A stretch of DNA of 63,290 nucleotides, filler included, from Thraustochytrium aureum (taxonomy: Eukaryota): NCBI GenBank assembly GCA_012862495.1. It is 5 parts of 3 records of this genome, joined end to end, with 100 filler letters (N's around TTAATTAATTAA, not from the genome) between each part and the next. Parts side by side here need not be neighbours in the genome. Positions count along the whole stretch, not along the records: positions 20,501 to 36,760 come from BLSG01000156.1; positions 36,861 to 45,001 come from BLSG01000158.1; positions 45,102 to 61,844 come from BLSG01000158.1; 2 more parts are not named here. One strand, written 5' to 3'. Below the pieces are notes generated by a model. That model made no database searches, was not told where the DNA came from, and saw only the letters and a list, made by a program, of their open reading frames with translations. Below, piece after piece: positions 32,725 to 45,117 of this stretch; within the stretch, counting starts at the first letter, position 1, and every line of letters begins with the position of its first letter. Position numbers and translations under genes: made by a program.

Positions 32725-34668
32725 TCACGCGCTTGCCAGCGGCAACGCTTCGCACTCGGGGCACTTTCGCGACGCAAGTTGTACTACGCCGTGCGCGGAG
32801 CAGCGCACGAGCTCGCCCGAAACGAAGAGCCCTCGGACAAACGCCGACATCCGGCGCTGCCCAGTGTGCTCCGCAAGAATGGCTTCTCCGCACTCCTCGC
32901 ACGGCCCCGTCTCTTGCTGCGCGTGGCCACAGCGCGGGCACTTTGCCTCCTTGAGCTTTTCGTTGTACTTGTGCAGGTCCTCCCACGGAAACGCCTCAAA
33001 ATCAGTCCCGGTGCTGAGCGCCGCAAAGTGCCGCTTCAGCCGGCCCACAAGCTCTGTCAGCGCACCAACATGCGCGGCCCGGTGACGGTTGCCCATGCCG
33101 AACACCCAGACCTCAGAGTCCGCGAGCCGCGCAAAGTCCCTTGCAATTGACCACTCGCCTCCGCCGACAGCTGGTTGCGGCCCGAAAGCCTCCGCCTGGA
33201 GGCCAAAGGGAATCTGGCCGCCGCCCACTGCTGCGTTCGAGTTGGCGCGCAGCAACCCAAGCGCGTCTCGCGCCACCACAAGCGCGTCGCACACGTTCGG
33301 TTTGGAGAGGTCTCCAGCAAACTTGAGAAACGTGCGCCCCGAAGCAGGGTCTTGCCAGCGCACAAACTCGATGGACTGCAGCAGCTCCTGCGCGCCGTGC
33401 ACAGCGATCACGTTGGTCACGATTGCCTTGTTGTCCAGCGGAAACTGGCCAAACTTGGCGCTCTTGTCCAGGTCGCCCAGCAGGATCGCATCCACTAAGT
33501 TGCTCAGCAGCTTGAAAAGCGTGGCGCAAGACTTTTGCCGCACCACGGGCGGGTTCAGGCCGTAAAAGTGCACCAAAGCCCGTTTGAGCTTGGTCAGCAG
33601 CATCGTGGTGCGCCCGGGCACCGTCCACACGAACGAGTCGCCGGGGCCCTTGCCCTCGGGGATCTGACAGGCGTGCTCCGCGCCAGTCGCCGGATCGCGA
33701 AGCATGCAGACGTCGCCGGGGCCTTTGCCAGGCGGAATCTCGATCGTGATTTGCTGGTCCCCGCCGCTACCACCAGAGGCCTCCTTGGCCTGCATCATCA
33801 GCTCGATTGTCTCCCAAACCTCTGGGCAGGCCGCCACGACGCGGTCGGCTAGGCTGTCGTCTTCGGTTGCCAACAACGCGTTGCGCGAAGGCACAACAAG
33901 CGACACAAAGTGGTTTTTCTGCGCCCCAGCCCACCCGATCACCAGCGGGCAGGCCGGGAGCCCATCGGGCCCTTTGGCGCATTCGCTGCGCGAAAGCCGG
34001 AGGGGAAGGTACATGCCGCACCGGTGGTCTGCCATTGCCATCTCCTCCGGGGTGTCGAGCAGGAGGATCGGCCGCCCTAGCACGTTCGCAAACCCGAAAA
34101 TGTGCTCGGGCCCGAGCCAGCGGTCCGACTGCGCCGCGTGCGTGGGCAACGCCTCCTCGCAGATCCCGTCCCAGTACGCCGTCCACGTCTCTTCGTCCAT
34201 GCCCTGGTGAAACACTGAGCGGTAAAACTCGCGGTGCGCTGCGAGCTCCGCCGCAAGCGCCTCTCGGAGAACGTCGTAGAGGATCTCCTTGCCAACCAAG
34301 CATCGCGACAGCGCGTGGGGCAGGCAGGAGCCGTCGCTGTCGACCGTGATGGGCACTAGCTCGACGCCGAAGCGATCCGCCAGGCCCTTGAGCGTGTCCT
34401 CCAGGTAGACTTCCGCCACGTAGTCGCGCAGCTCCTTGTCCTCGATCTCCATGACCGTCGGGCAAAAGTCGAACGCGCCGACGACCTGCCCGAGCTCGCC
34501 AAGGGCGCTGCCTTCGCCGACAAACCCGGCCGGCTCGTCAGGCGCGGCGCCGCCGCCCTCGCGCGCCGCGCTGTGTCGCCATGAGGGCCCACAAGGAGAG
34601 CGCCAAGGACGCGGCATTCGAAGCACATCGTCCCAGGCGGGGCGCAGGCCAGCGCGGCCTCGCCGTTG
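32725..34668 (-). CDS. VCPIP1-like OTU deubiquitinase with a PUB domain and C-terminal zinc ribbons (5' end uncertain)
   Basis: DSDGSCLPHALSR, HIFGFANVLGRPILLLD, YLPL, IGWAG..KNHFVSL; PUB-like TLFKLLSNLV..KF..NKAI..V..GAQELL..IEF; several CxxC pairs. Confidence 0.75.
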   Translation of the reverse strand, partial: QRRGRAGLRPAWDDVLRMPRPWRSPCGPSWRHSAAREGGGAAPDEPAGFVGEGSALGELGQVVGAFDFCPTVMEIEDKELRDYVAEVYLEDTLKGLADRFGVELVPITVDSDGSCLPHALSRCLVGKEILYDVLREALAAELAAHREFYRSVFHQGMDEETWTAYWDGICEEALPTHAAQSDRWLGPEHIFGFANVLGRPILLLDTPEEMAMADHRCGMYLPLRLSRSECAKGPDGLPACPLVIGWAGAQKNHFVSLVVPSRNALLATEDDSLADRVVAACPEVWETIELMMQAKEASGGSGGDQQITIEIPPGKGPGDVCMLRDPATGAEHACQIPEGKGPGDSFVWTVPGRTTMLLTKLKRALVHFYGLNPPVVRQKSCATLFKLLSNLVDAILLGDLDKSAKFGQFPLDNKAIVTNVIAVHGAQELLQSIEFVRWQDPASGRTFLKFAGDLSKPNVCDALVVARDALGLLRANSNAAVGGGQIPFGLQAEAFGPQPAVGGGEWSIARDFARLADSEVWVFGMGNRHRAAHVGALTELVGRLKRHFAALSTGTDFEAFPWEDLHKYNEKLKEAKCPRCGHAQQETGPCEECGEAILAEHTGQRRMSAFVRGLFVSGELVRCSAHGVVQLASRKCPECEALPLASA

Positions 34669-35384
34669 NNNNNNNNNNNNNNNNNNNNNNNNNNNNNNNN
34701 NNNNNNNNNNNNNNNNNNNNNNNNNNNNNNNNNNNNNNNNNNNNNNNNNNNNNNNNNNNNNNNNNNNNNNNNNNNNNNNNNNNNNNNNNNNNNNNNNNNN
34801 NNNNNNNNNNNNNNNNNNNNNNNNNNNNNNNNNNNNNNNNNNNNNNNNNNNNNNNNNNNNNNNNNNNNNNNNNNNNNNNNNNNNNNNNNNNNNNNNNNNN
34901 NNNNNNNNNNNNNNNNNNNNNNNNNNNNNNNNNNNNNNNNNNNNNNNNNNNNNNNNNNNNNNNNNNNNNNNNNNNNNNNNNNNNNNNNNNNNNNNNNNNN
35001 NNNNNNNNNNNNNNNNNNNNNNNNNNNNNNNNNNNNNNNNNNNNNNNNNNNNNNNNNNNNNNNNNNNNNNNNNNNNNNNNNNNNNNNNNNNNNNNNNNNN
35101 NNNNNNNNNNNNNNNNNNNNNNNNNNNNNNNNNNNNNNNNNNNNNNNNNNNNNNNNNNNNNNNNNNNNNNNNNNNNNNNNNNNNNNNNNNNNNNNNNNNN
35201 NNNNNNNNNNNNNNNNNNNNNNNNNNNNNNNNNNNNNNNNNNNNNNNNNNNNNNNNNNNNNNNNNNNNNNNNNNNNNNNNNNNNNNNNNNNNNNNNNNNN
35301 NNNNNNNNNNNNNNNNNNNNNNNNNNNNNNNNNNNNNNNNNNNNNNNNNNNNNNNNNNNNNNNNNNNNNNNNNNNNNNNNNNNN

Positions 35385-36760
35385 CGCGAGCGTGGGCCTG
35401 CGGTCCCGGCCGGAGCTTCGGGGGCGCCCTGTGGTAGTCACGAATAGCGAGGCAGCCACGCATGGTGAGATCAGCTGCGCCAACTATCCGGCGCGCGCCT
35501 ATGGGATCAAGGCGGGCATGTGGATGCAGGCCGCTCTGGCCAAGTGCCCCGAGCTCGTCTCGATCCCCTACGAGTTTGACCAGTACATGCAAGTCGCGGA
35601 GGCCATGTACCGCGTCTTGTTCGAGACCTCCCCGTTCGTCAACGGACTGAGCTGCGACGAGGCCTTCGTAGACGTCACGCATGTTTTGGCGTCGACGCGA
35701 GGCGCGATGCAGCGCGAGCAGGCCCTCGTAGCCCTCGCGGAAAAGGTACGGGCCGAGATTCTCGAGCGAACCGGCGGCTGCACGGCCTCTATAGGGATTG
35801 GGGCCAACATGCTGCTTGCGCGCGTCGCCACGTCTCGGGCCAAGCCAGATGGCGTCTTTCGACTCTCGCTGGAGCGCGAGCAAGACCGGGAGCTCATCGC
35901 AAACATGGACATCAAACAGGTGCCCGGCATCGGGTATCAACTGAGCAAGCAGATCCGCGCCAACCTCTGTGCGAACACCTGCCGCGAGCTGCAGCAGACC
36001 AGCCTTGCGAAGCTGCGAGAGCTCTTTGGCAACAAAAAGGGCGAGACCATTTTCAACCACTGCAGGGGACGGGACACGCGAACCTGGATCCCTGACGGAC
36101 TCAAGCAGCGCCAGACCATTGGCGCGCAGAGCTCCTGGGGCGTCCGGACCGAGACGCAAGAGGAGGTCGAACGTTTCCTGCGCCGGCTCTGCCAAGAGGT
36201 AGTGACACGAATAGCCTCCACCGGTCAGGCGGGCCATGGGGCGCGTCGGGTTACGCTCACGGTCTGGAAGGCCCGCCCAGACAACGGCAAGAGGCGAAAG
36301 GGCATGCTCGGCCACGGCATGTGCGACATTCTCAGCCGGACGGCGAAAATGGAAAGCGCGAGCAGGGACGCAACTGTTTTGTTTTCGCACGCGGTCCGCC
36401 AATTCAAAGGGCTTGGCGTTTTGCCCGGTCAGGTCAGAGGGTTTGGGCTCTCTGCGTCAGATTTCGCGCCGGTCGGATCCGCGACGCGGCGACTCGATTC
36501 CTACTTTGCCCCGGCAGACGCGGCTCAGGCAGCTGGGACGCGTGGGCGCGATGGGGTCGCGGAAGACGCGAGCGACCGTGAGAACGGACGAGAGAGCGAC
36601 AAAGCAGGCCACCCCTCCGAGCGCCGAGGGGCTTGGCCAAGCCGACCTCTTTGCGGAAGACCGCTTTGCAGGGGACAGCGCGGAAGACGATATGCTCATG
36701 AGCGGCGACGATGTCAGCGAGTGGAGCGAAAGCCCAGAAGACAGGTCTGACGACATGGCT
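35385..36760 (+). CDS. REV1: Y-family deoxycytidyl transferase REV1 (partial at both ends)
   Basis: EISCANYPARAYGIKAGM, AKCPEL..PYEF, SCDEAFVD, ASIGIGANMLLARVAT..AKPDG, SWGVR, LGHGMCD. Confidence 0.9.
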
Positions 36761-36860
36761 NNNNNNNNNNNNNNNNNNNNNNNNNNNNNNNNNNNNNNNN
36801 NNNNTTAATTAATTAANNNNNNNNNNNNNNNNNNNNNNNNNNNNNNNNNNNNNNNNNNNN
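36761..36860. other. Artificial scaffold linker
   Basis: N44-TTAATTAATTAA-N44. Confidence 0.97.
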
Positions 36861-37889
36861 AGAAGATCGACCTGGTCATGGACCCCATGGAGCTGTTCTG
36901 GCAGCGCCACCAGTTCTTCCGCTTCTGCTTCACCCTCGAGCACGTCAAGTTCTTCCTGCTCAAGTTCAGCGGCCAGCTGATCCACCACTCGCAGGACGCC
37001 GACTCGGCCGAGGTCCGCGACGTGTACGACCGCTCCAACAACTTTTACAACTGGTTCCTCGGGCCCCGCATGATCTACACCTCGGGCGTGTTCGAGTCGC
37101 AGGACGAGTCCCTCGAGGACGCGCAGGACCGCAAGATGGACCTCGTCTGCCGGTACAGCCACATGAAGCCCGGCGACGAGCACCTCGACATCGGCTGCGG
37201 CTGGGGCACCCTCGTGTGCTTCGCCGCCAAGAACTTTGGCACCCGCTCCACCGGCGTGACCCTCGCCCGCGAGCAGGTCAAGTGGGGCTACGACCAGGCC
37301 GAGAAGATCTACGGCGTGCGCGACCAGGTCAACCTCCTCTGCATGGACTACCGCGACATCCCCAAGAAGCAGTACGACGTCATCACCTGCCTCGAGATGA
37401 TCGAGCACGTCGGCATCAAGAACTTTCAGACCTTTCTCCGCCAGTGCAAGGACATGCTCAAGGACGAGGGCATCTTCTACCTGCAGCTCGCCGGCCTCCG
37501 CCGCTGCTGGCAGTTCGAGGACCTCTGCTGGGGCGTCTTCATGGGCACCTACATCTTCCCCGCCGCCGATGCCTCGTGCCCGCTCGGGTTCTGCGTCACC
37601 CAGGCTGAGCGTGCCGGCTACGAGGTCCACCGCGTCGAGAACTGCGGCGTGCACTACGCCCTCACCATCAACCACTGGCTCAACAACTGGGTCAGCAACA
37701 AGGACAAGGTCATCGAGTCGTTTGGCGAGTGGTGGTACCGCTGCTGGGTCATCTTCCTTGGCTGGTCGACCATCGTCGCAAGCCAGGGCTCGTCCACGGT
37801 TTTCTTCGTCGTCCTGCACAAGAACACGTCCCGCTTTGAGCGCCGCGACACCTTTGTTGGCCCCGCACCCCATCGCCACGCAGCAATAA
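36861..37889 (+). CDS. Sphingolipid C9-methyltransferase-like protein (CFA synthase superfamily); 5' truncated, probable frameshift near the C-terminus (PIATQQ*)
   Basis: EVRDVYDRSNNFYNWFLGPRMIYTSG, LDIGCGWGTL, ITCLEMIEHVG, FYLQLAGLR..WQFEDL.WG.FM..YIFP, QGSST. Confidence 0.85.
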
Positions 37890-38444
37890 GCTGCTGCTGC
37901 TGCGCGCCAGGAGCAAACGGCACTGCACTGCGCCTCGGGCCTGAGCCGGCGACCGCTCTTGGCCAAAGCGAGTAGACGTCGCCGCGCGTCTTCTCTCCTG
38001 AGGCAGGTCCCGCGCCGCCGCCCTCGCAGCTCTTCTCTTTCGGTATTGTGCTCGCGCGCTGTGTTCGCTTCGAGCCCTTTTGGCTCGTTGGGAATCGCGC
38101 CGTGCGCTCCAACTGTTGTCCAACTCGGGCCGCCAAAGGGTGAGGGCTCGCGGCCAACCAACCAACTAGTCCTGTTAAAAGGCGACGACAAGCTGATATT
38201 GCTTTTTCATCAATTGCCCCTTCTCTCCGAGCCAATTCGCCACAATCAAAAGCTGTCAGCCCTCTGGCGCAACGGAGGGAAGCAAGCCATCGGTCGCCAG
38301 GTGCCACTTTTGCTTGTGCTGCGGCGCCCGCGCATGACAATTCGCTGCGGTCTCGTCGCTGGCTCGGGTCTTTTTCGCTGTCCTTGTCGCAGCCCGGCCC
38401 CATGCAACGCGCGGTTGTTGCGTCATCACGCCCATAGGCTATGC

Positions 38445-38550
38445 GAGTTCAAATCAAGTTGAGTTGACAGTTGAGTTCAATCAAGTTGATGAGTTGAAAG
38501 TTGAGTTCAATCAAGTTGAGTTCAATCAAGTTGAGTTCTTGTCGAGTTGA
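38445..38550. repeat. Degenerate AT-rich minisatellite
   Basis: Repeated gagttcaatcaagtt and gagttga units. Confidence 0.8.
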
Positions 38551-38684
38551 TAGTTTTACTGTTTTTTGGTAGATACATTCACGCGCGCCGAGTTCGCGCA
38601 AGCGTTTGCGTTCGCGTTCGCGTTCGCGTTCGTTGCAAGGCGGCCAGGCCTGCCAAGAACCGCCAGAGTCGCACCAGAACGTGC

Positions 38685-40454
38685 TCAGTAAGCAGCGTCT
38701 GCGGGCTCATCCGAAATCACCTTGTCGACCTTGTTGATGCCGAAGCTCTTCCCGTTGCCAGCGCCAAGGTCGTTGACCGCCTGGGTGACCTTCTTCGCCC
38801 GCTCCACGACGCGCGTCAAAAATTGGCGAACAGGCGGGAGGAGGTTGATCAGGACGCCTCCAGCGGCGATGCCAAAAAGCACCCAAAAGTACAGGTAAAC
38901 CTTGGCAGACGTGTAGTTCTCGATATTGGAAATGTCGGTGCTGCCAGAAGCTGTCGTGAACGCCATCGGCGTGCAGGCGTGCAGGAGCGCAGCGCTGATA
39001 AAGTTCGGGACCGCGCCAACCGCAAAGAGGTTGATCGCCGAAGCGAGCGCCTTTTGATCAGGCGGCGCGATCTCAAAGGCGGCGTGGTAGCTCGTCGAGA
39101 TGGCAAAGATTTCGCCGCACCCGATAAACAGGAACGGGAACGCCTGCCAAAGGACGCTGATCTTCTCCTGGCGCTCATTCCACGCGCTGTGGATCTGGTA
39201 GTCAATGATGATGGCACTGAGGAGGGCGAGGCACGCCATTCCAGTCCCGATCGCGTACTTGGTCGCGATATGCAGCGTGATGTTGCGGCGCTCCAGCGCG
39301 GGGTAGAGAAACTGGCTCACCAGGAAACCGAACAGGAGGACCGAGAACGCGTCAAAGTTTTGCATCCAACTGGCGTCCACAAACCCGGCATTTTGCATGA
39401 CCCCGCCCTGGACCACAAAGGTGGTCGCCATTTGCGAGTATGCGATGTTGAAGGGCACCACGAGGAACGTGGTCGGCACCACCGCGAGCAGGAGCTTGAC
39501 GCTGTCCACGAACAGGTCCGGGTACTTGCCGCCCCGGCTGGACTTGGTGGCTTCGATGCTGGGCGGGCAGCGCGCCACGCTGCTGCCGCAGGCCCGCAAG
39601 CTCGTGAGGATGGCGCGCCCCTGCGGCTTCATGCACACATACCGGGGTGTGCCAAGGAGAAAGACCAGCGCGGCGAGTGCAATGCCGACCACAGGGATCA
39701 TATATGCCGCGAAAGTGTTGGTCTGGCAGATGATTGGAATGCTGACCCCACCGATGAGGGCGCCGATGTTGATCACCATGTAGAACCGCACATAGACTTT
39801 TCCACGCTCTGCAAGAGCGGGTGGAACTGCTGTGCGCCAAACACGCTCACCGAGGCCTTAATGAGCCCTGCTCCAACGGGATACAGGAAGAGCAGGCCCA
39901 TCTGGACCGCCAGCGTGTTGAATGTGGGACCGAGCAAGTACGGGTAGGCGGTCAGTGCGATGAGGAGGAGCCCGGGCAGGTAAAACGCAAGAGCGCCGAG
40001 CAAGATGGTCCAGTAGTTGCCGATGAAGGCGTCGGCGAGAATCGCCCCGAGAAACGGCACCGAGTACGCGATAGCGGTCGACGTGCTTACCCAGCTCGAG
40101 GCCTCCACCCCGGTCAAGTTGGCGTTCCATGACGCGTCGTACTTGCCCTGCAGGTATGCTGTTTGCGTGTAGCTCACCCCGTAGTAGCTCAGCCGCTCGA
40201 GGCCCTCAACGACCAAGATGAAACACACGCTGTAAAGCATCGGTTTGAGCGCGTGCTTGTACGTGTTCCCGGCCTCATCCTCGGACAGCAGGGGGCGAGC
40301 ATCGTCGCCGCTCAGATACTCGGGCGGGACCAGGGCGAGCTGCTCTTTGGTTGTCACATTCGTCGGCAACTCGCCCTCCGGGGTAGGGCTGCGCGCCGCT
40401 TCCGCGTCCACCTCGCCCTCCGACGTCTACCTTGAACACGTTCGAGCTCGACAT
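38685..40454 (-). CDS. POT/PTR2 proton-dependent oligopeptide transporter (frameshifts ~40420 and ~39797)
   Basis: EGLERLSYYG, GAILADAFIGNYWTI, GAGLIKASVSVFGAQQF, FYMVINIGA, GEIF. Confidence 0.9.
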
Positions 40455-41858
40455 GCCGAGCATCTTGCCAAGCGCAAGTGGCAAAGTTGCACTTCACACG
40501 TCGTCCTCGTCGTCGTTGTCGTCGTCGTCGTCGTTGCTGCTGCTGCTGTTGTTTGTTGTTTCTGTTGTTGATGATTGTTTTTGTTCTTGTCTTGCGTTGT
40601 GGGACTGCCTGTGCAGACCCATCCGCGCGGCAAGCAAGTTGCCCAAGGTCAAAATGTCTGTGCAGACCCGCCCGCGCAGGGCAGCTTCGAAGCAGCCCGA
40701 GGTGACGTCCAACCTTCCTACCTTCAAATTCACGCGCAGCAGCTGAATCCCCGTCAAGCGAGACTTGACCAGCCACGCAGCGAAACAAGGAGCGCCTACC
40801 GGTACCCACTTCCCGCCCGGATGATCCTCCTTGGTTCGACAACGTGATTCAACGAGTGGGTTCAACTCCTGCCCGTAGTACACGACTCGGGTGTCCAGGC
40901 AAAAACGCTGTTGCTGAATTCTCTCGGGTTGGTCTTTCACACACGATTTCAACTTTCAAGAATTTATCGTGCCGAACGCATGGGTGGGGTGGAGCAACCT
41001 CTCGAGATGGTCAAGCTCGCTCCGTGGCAAGGCAGCGGCGTGCCAGCGGCTGGCTGCATACGCGAGGAGGTATGTAGGCCTTCTGGTAGAGTCGAGTACT
41101 CTACAGAGTTCTTTCCACGGCTCGTACCGGTAGGGGCTCGCCGACTTGAATGCCGCACGGCCCCTTCCGCTGCCAGGGCGGCTGCAGGCTCCTCAAGCTC
41201 GAGCGTGGCTGAATGCGCGTTGGTGGACCTCTGCGTTCGCCCCTCACAACCAAACGCAGAAACGACCTGATTGCTCTCTGTTGTGTTCAGGACCAGCAGG
41301 CTAGCACTGAATTGCGTGCAGCCGACAATGGAATCGCTGCCGCTTCTGGTTCGCCTCTCATCTACGCATCAACGACAACCGCCCGCCGTGAGCGACTTGC
41401 CGCGACTTGCCGGGGGGCCCTTTGAAAAGCAGTTGCCTCGGCGCCGAATTACCCATTTGGGTCCAGGATTTGTGCCGAGACAACGCGCGGCATCCAACAA
41501 GCGCGTCCGTAGAGCCACCCTCGCACGCGGGCGACTCAATGGCGCCACAGTTTTGCGCGGCCGCTGAATTGGTCGGCGCCTCCGAGCCAAAACCAAGCGC
41601 GGCGCGCCGTTTTCGACGTTGCGGTCGCTTCTGCAGGCAAGGCGATCCCTCTCCTTCGACAACTCGCAAACGCAGGGTGGGCGCACAAGGACGGGAACAG
41701 GCCTAGCTAGCTAGAGTAACAACATTGTGACTTTAGGGCGCGGCCGGCCAGCTCGGCATGCACGCAAGCGCTCGGCTCTCCGCTTGGCGAAGAAACGACA
41801 CAGCGAGCTAAGCGGGGCTTTGTAGCTCAACCGCAACGTCTGCGCCCTCAGAGCTCCA

Positions 41859-43089
41859 CTACCCGTTGCCGCTCCGAAATGCGCTCGAAAAGGCAAAGGA
41901 GGACACGCTTGGAAGCGGCAACAGCGCGTCAGCCACAGAGGCGGCAGAGCTCTGCGGGGACGACCCGGCCGGCCGTGGAAGAGGTATCGCGGAGACCAGC
42001 TTTCGCGCCGTTGGGATCTCGTTCGGTGGCAGTACCCGAGGCGGCATGCTGCTCGCGCGAGCAAAAGCGCTCTTCTGCTCTGCATCCTCGCTTGCGGCAG
42101 CAGCCGCCGCAGCCGCCGCCGAGGCCGCAGCGGCATCATCCTTGTTGAGCAATGACATCCGGAGCTTTTCCTGCTGCTCCCAGATCTCGCGCTGGCGGAT
42201 CTTGGCCTCGAGCTCGGCGATTTCCTGCAGCTCCTTCTGTCGAGAACGTTGCGCGGTGCCCTGNNNNNNNNNNNNNNNNNNNNNNNNNNNNNNNNNNNNN
42301 NNNNNNNNNNNNNNNNNNNNNNNNNNNNNNNNNNNNNNNNNNNNNNNNNNNNNNNNNNNNNNNNNNNNNNNNNNNNNNNNNNNNNNNNNNNNNNNNNNNN
42401 NNNNNNNNNNNNNNNNNNNNNNNNNNNNNNNNNNNNNNNNNNNNNNNNNNNNNNNNNNNNNNNNNNNNNNNNNNNNNNNNNNNNNNNNNNNNNNNNNNNN
42501 NNNNNNNNNNNNNGTCAATCAGCGGGTGCGGCAGCCCGATGGGAAAGTTCTCGTCCTCGGGCACACGCAGAGCGCGCGCGTTTCCTGGGCGGTCGGAGGC
42601 AGGCCCCTGTGGGCCCGGGCTAGCAGACGCATGCTCGGACCCGTCGACCGTTTCCGGGCGCGAACTTTCCTCTGTGCGTCTCCGCTTGGCTTTGTGCGCC
42701 GCCTTCCCGGGCGCGTTTCCCGACTCGTTGTCCATATCCGTTTCGCTGCCAGCAGAGCCCAGCCCCTTTGTTCGCTGGGCGTGGCGCTCAGCGATTTCGT
42801 TCGAAGTGGAATTCCGAAAAGCCGCCGACTCGGCGGCATCGGTTGACTCGCCCTCCTCTGGTGGCAGCTGCGCGAGAAGTTTGGCGAGAAGGTCTTGTGT
42901 AATGTTTTCGTTCTGCGCAGACGGCGCGCTCGGGGTGCGCTCCAAGGCGCGCTGCAGGAGGTCCATCGGGACATCGCCTTGGGTGCTAACACTCGCGCGG
43001 CGTGCGCTGCCCGCCGCTCCGCCCAGAGCGCGCTTGCGCCCAGGCGGGGAACTGTCCTGCCTGGGCAGCCTCGCCTTGGGCGCCGTCAT
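41859..43089 (-). CDS. Hypothetical low-complexity / coiled-coil protein spanning a gap
   Basis: Open frames on both sides of the gap (MTAPKARL...; QKELQEIAELEAKIRQREIWEQQEK); no domain recognised. Confidence 0.4.
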
Positions 43090-45001
43090 GGCCAGGACTG
43101 CGGCAGGCGGTCCCCACCGCGGCTCTGCTGGAGCCAGTTTGCAGTGGACCGAACCCTTGGCCCGTGCAACGCGAGGCAAGCACTGCGCGCTTCCCCGGTC
43201 GATCCACAGCGACGGGTGTGGGGCGGACGTTTGCGCGTCCGTCGGGCGAGCTCTGCAGCAAGCCAGGGAACGTTGGGCGGCAAACAGCTCGCGAGAGGCG
43301 CGCGTTCTCCGTCGCGCTGCTCGCTCGGCTGCGCTCGGCTGCGCTCGGCCGGCGGTCGGCCTGAGTGGTGCTGGTTCGTTCGGCCTCGCTCGCGGTCGGC
43401 GTGTGCCGCTCGCAGTCGTCGTGGCGTTTGCCTGTTGCGGTTTTGGGCTGCACTGCACGTCCTTCACCCTTGCGCGAGTCACGTGACTCGCCGGCTCGGA
43501 GACTCCTTCGCTTGATGGTCCCACAGACGCGCCGCTCTTGACTCGATGCGCCCTCCGCTCGTCCCGCGGCGCCTGCTCCTGGGCAGAAACTGATGCGCGC
43601 GATGATCCTACGGCGCGGCCGGCGCCTCAGGCTTCGAGAGGCACTCGCTCGTGAGGCACTCGCTCGTGCATTCGGCGCTCTGCTGCGCTCCTCAGGCTCC
43701 GCGACGACGAGGGAAGGCAGGAGGGAGGGAGGGCCAACGTGCGTTCGTTCGTGCGTGCGTGCTTGCGAGCGTGCGTGCGTGCGTGCTTGGGTGAGTGGGT
43801 GAGTGAGTGCGTTGGTGGGCGGATGCGAAACGCCNNNNNNNNNNNNNNNNNNNNNNNNNNNNNNNNNNNNNNNNNNNNNNNNNNNNNNNNNNNNNNNNNN
43901 NNNNNNNNNNNNNNNNNNNNNNNNNNNNNNNNNNNNNNNNNNNNNNNNNNNNNNNNNNNNNNNNNNNNNNNNNNNNNNNNNNNNNNNNNNNNNNNNNNNN
44001 NNNNNNNNNNNNNNNNNNNNNNNNNNNNNNNNNNNNNNNNNNAACGATTTGTGGCGGCGGTTGCAGGTCCCGTGGTGCTGGCAAGGGGGTGCTGGTTGCT
44101 GCGCGAGGATCTGGCTAGCCCAACGCCGACGAGTGAGCGCGGCGCCGTGACGCGCAAAGGGGGTCGCCCGAGTCTCCATCGAGCAGGCAGGCTCCCCTGT
44201 TCGGCCCTCTGCGCCCACAGGGCCTTCCCGTGCGCAGAGGGAGGGAGCCAAGCAACGCGTGAGAGGGCCTGCTCGGCGTCTGGCCCACGTGGGTGATGAT
44301 GAATGAACGCGTTGAACTCAAGTCGAACTGGTACGAAAACAACCCACGACACCCACGACGGGGAGACGCCCCAGGCACTCTGCATGCAAGAGGTGTGCCT
44401 CGCCAAGGCAGGCTCGCAGGAGCGACAAGCCCCGAGGAGGCTCCCGGTCCTCTACTGCACTTCAAGGCAAAACTATTGAACCACAGCGCTCGCGCCAGGT
44501 CGTGCGAAGGTGGGTCGCGGGCTGGACGCAGCGCGGCTGGGGTCAAAACCACCTTGCAAAGGCAGGACCATCAATCAATCTGACTCGTGAATCATCAGTT
44601 CAGAGAATCAACAGGTTGAGGAAACGGCGAGCGCTTGGCTCCTGCCGCAGCTTGCGAGAGCGGCGCACAGGCTCAAACCAACCAGTGCGGTGAAGTAACC
44701 CCTGCCAAGGAGGATCCTACTGGTAAGTACCGTGCTGCCGCCGCGGTAAGTGGAGTACTTCCCCTCCAAGTGGCAGCGTGTGGCTACTCATCAGTTGAGC
44801 ACCTACGACCTCCTGCACATGCACACACGCACGCAGTGCACTGCTTTCCAAGCGAAACGAACGGCACCAGGATGAACAGACTCGGATCGCAGCGCAGCAA
44901 GCGCACGGACACGCGACCTGATCCGCCGGTGCGACGAGGGGAGAGCCCAGGGGCGAGCCGTCATGAGCGACGCCAAGGAGGACCTTCGAAAGTTTCCGGA
45001 C

Positions 45002-45101
45002 NNNNNNNNNNNNNNNNNNNNNNNNNNNNNNNNNNNNNNNNNNNNTTAATTAATTAANNNNNNNNNNNNNNNNNNNNNNNNNNNNNNNNNNNNNNNNNNN
45101 N
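45002..45101. other. Artificial scaffold linker
   Basis: N44-TTAATTAATTAA-N44. Confidence 0.97.
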
Positions 45102-45117
45102 ACTAGAGCACGCCGTT

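Noticed and set aside
32725..36402. 1225-aa ORF and other long ORFs spanning N-runs
   Set aside because: They are artefacts of reading through gaps; the 5' part of this one is the antisense shadow of REV1.
41711..41860. Jas/CCT-like motif SSLCRFFAKRR
   Set aside because: It is a short match in an alternative frame with no supporting domain.
43735..43815. Simple repeats such as (GCGT)n here, (GCGG)n at ~30180, (CCAG)n at ~9345 and (GTC/GTT)n at ~40500
   Set aside because: These are ordinary microsatellites.
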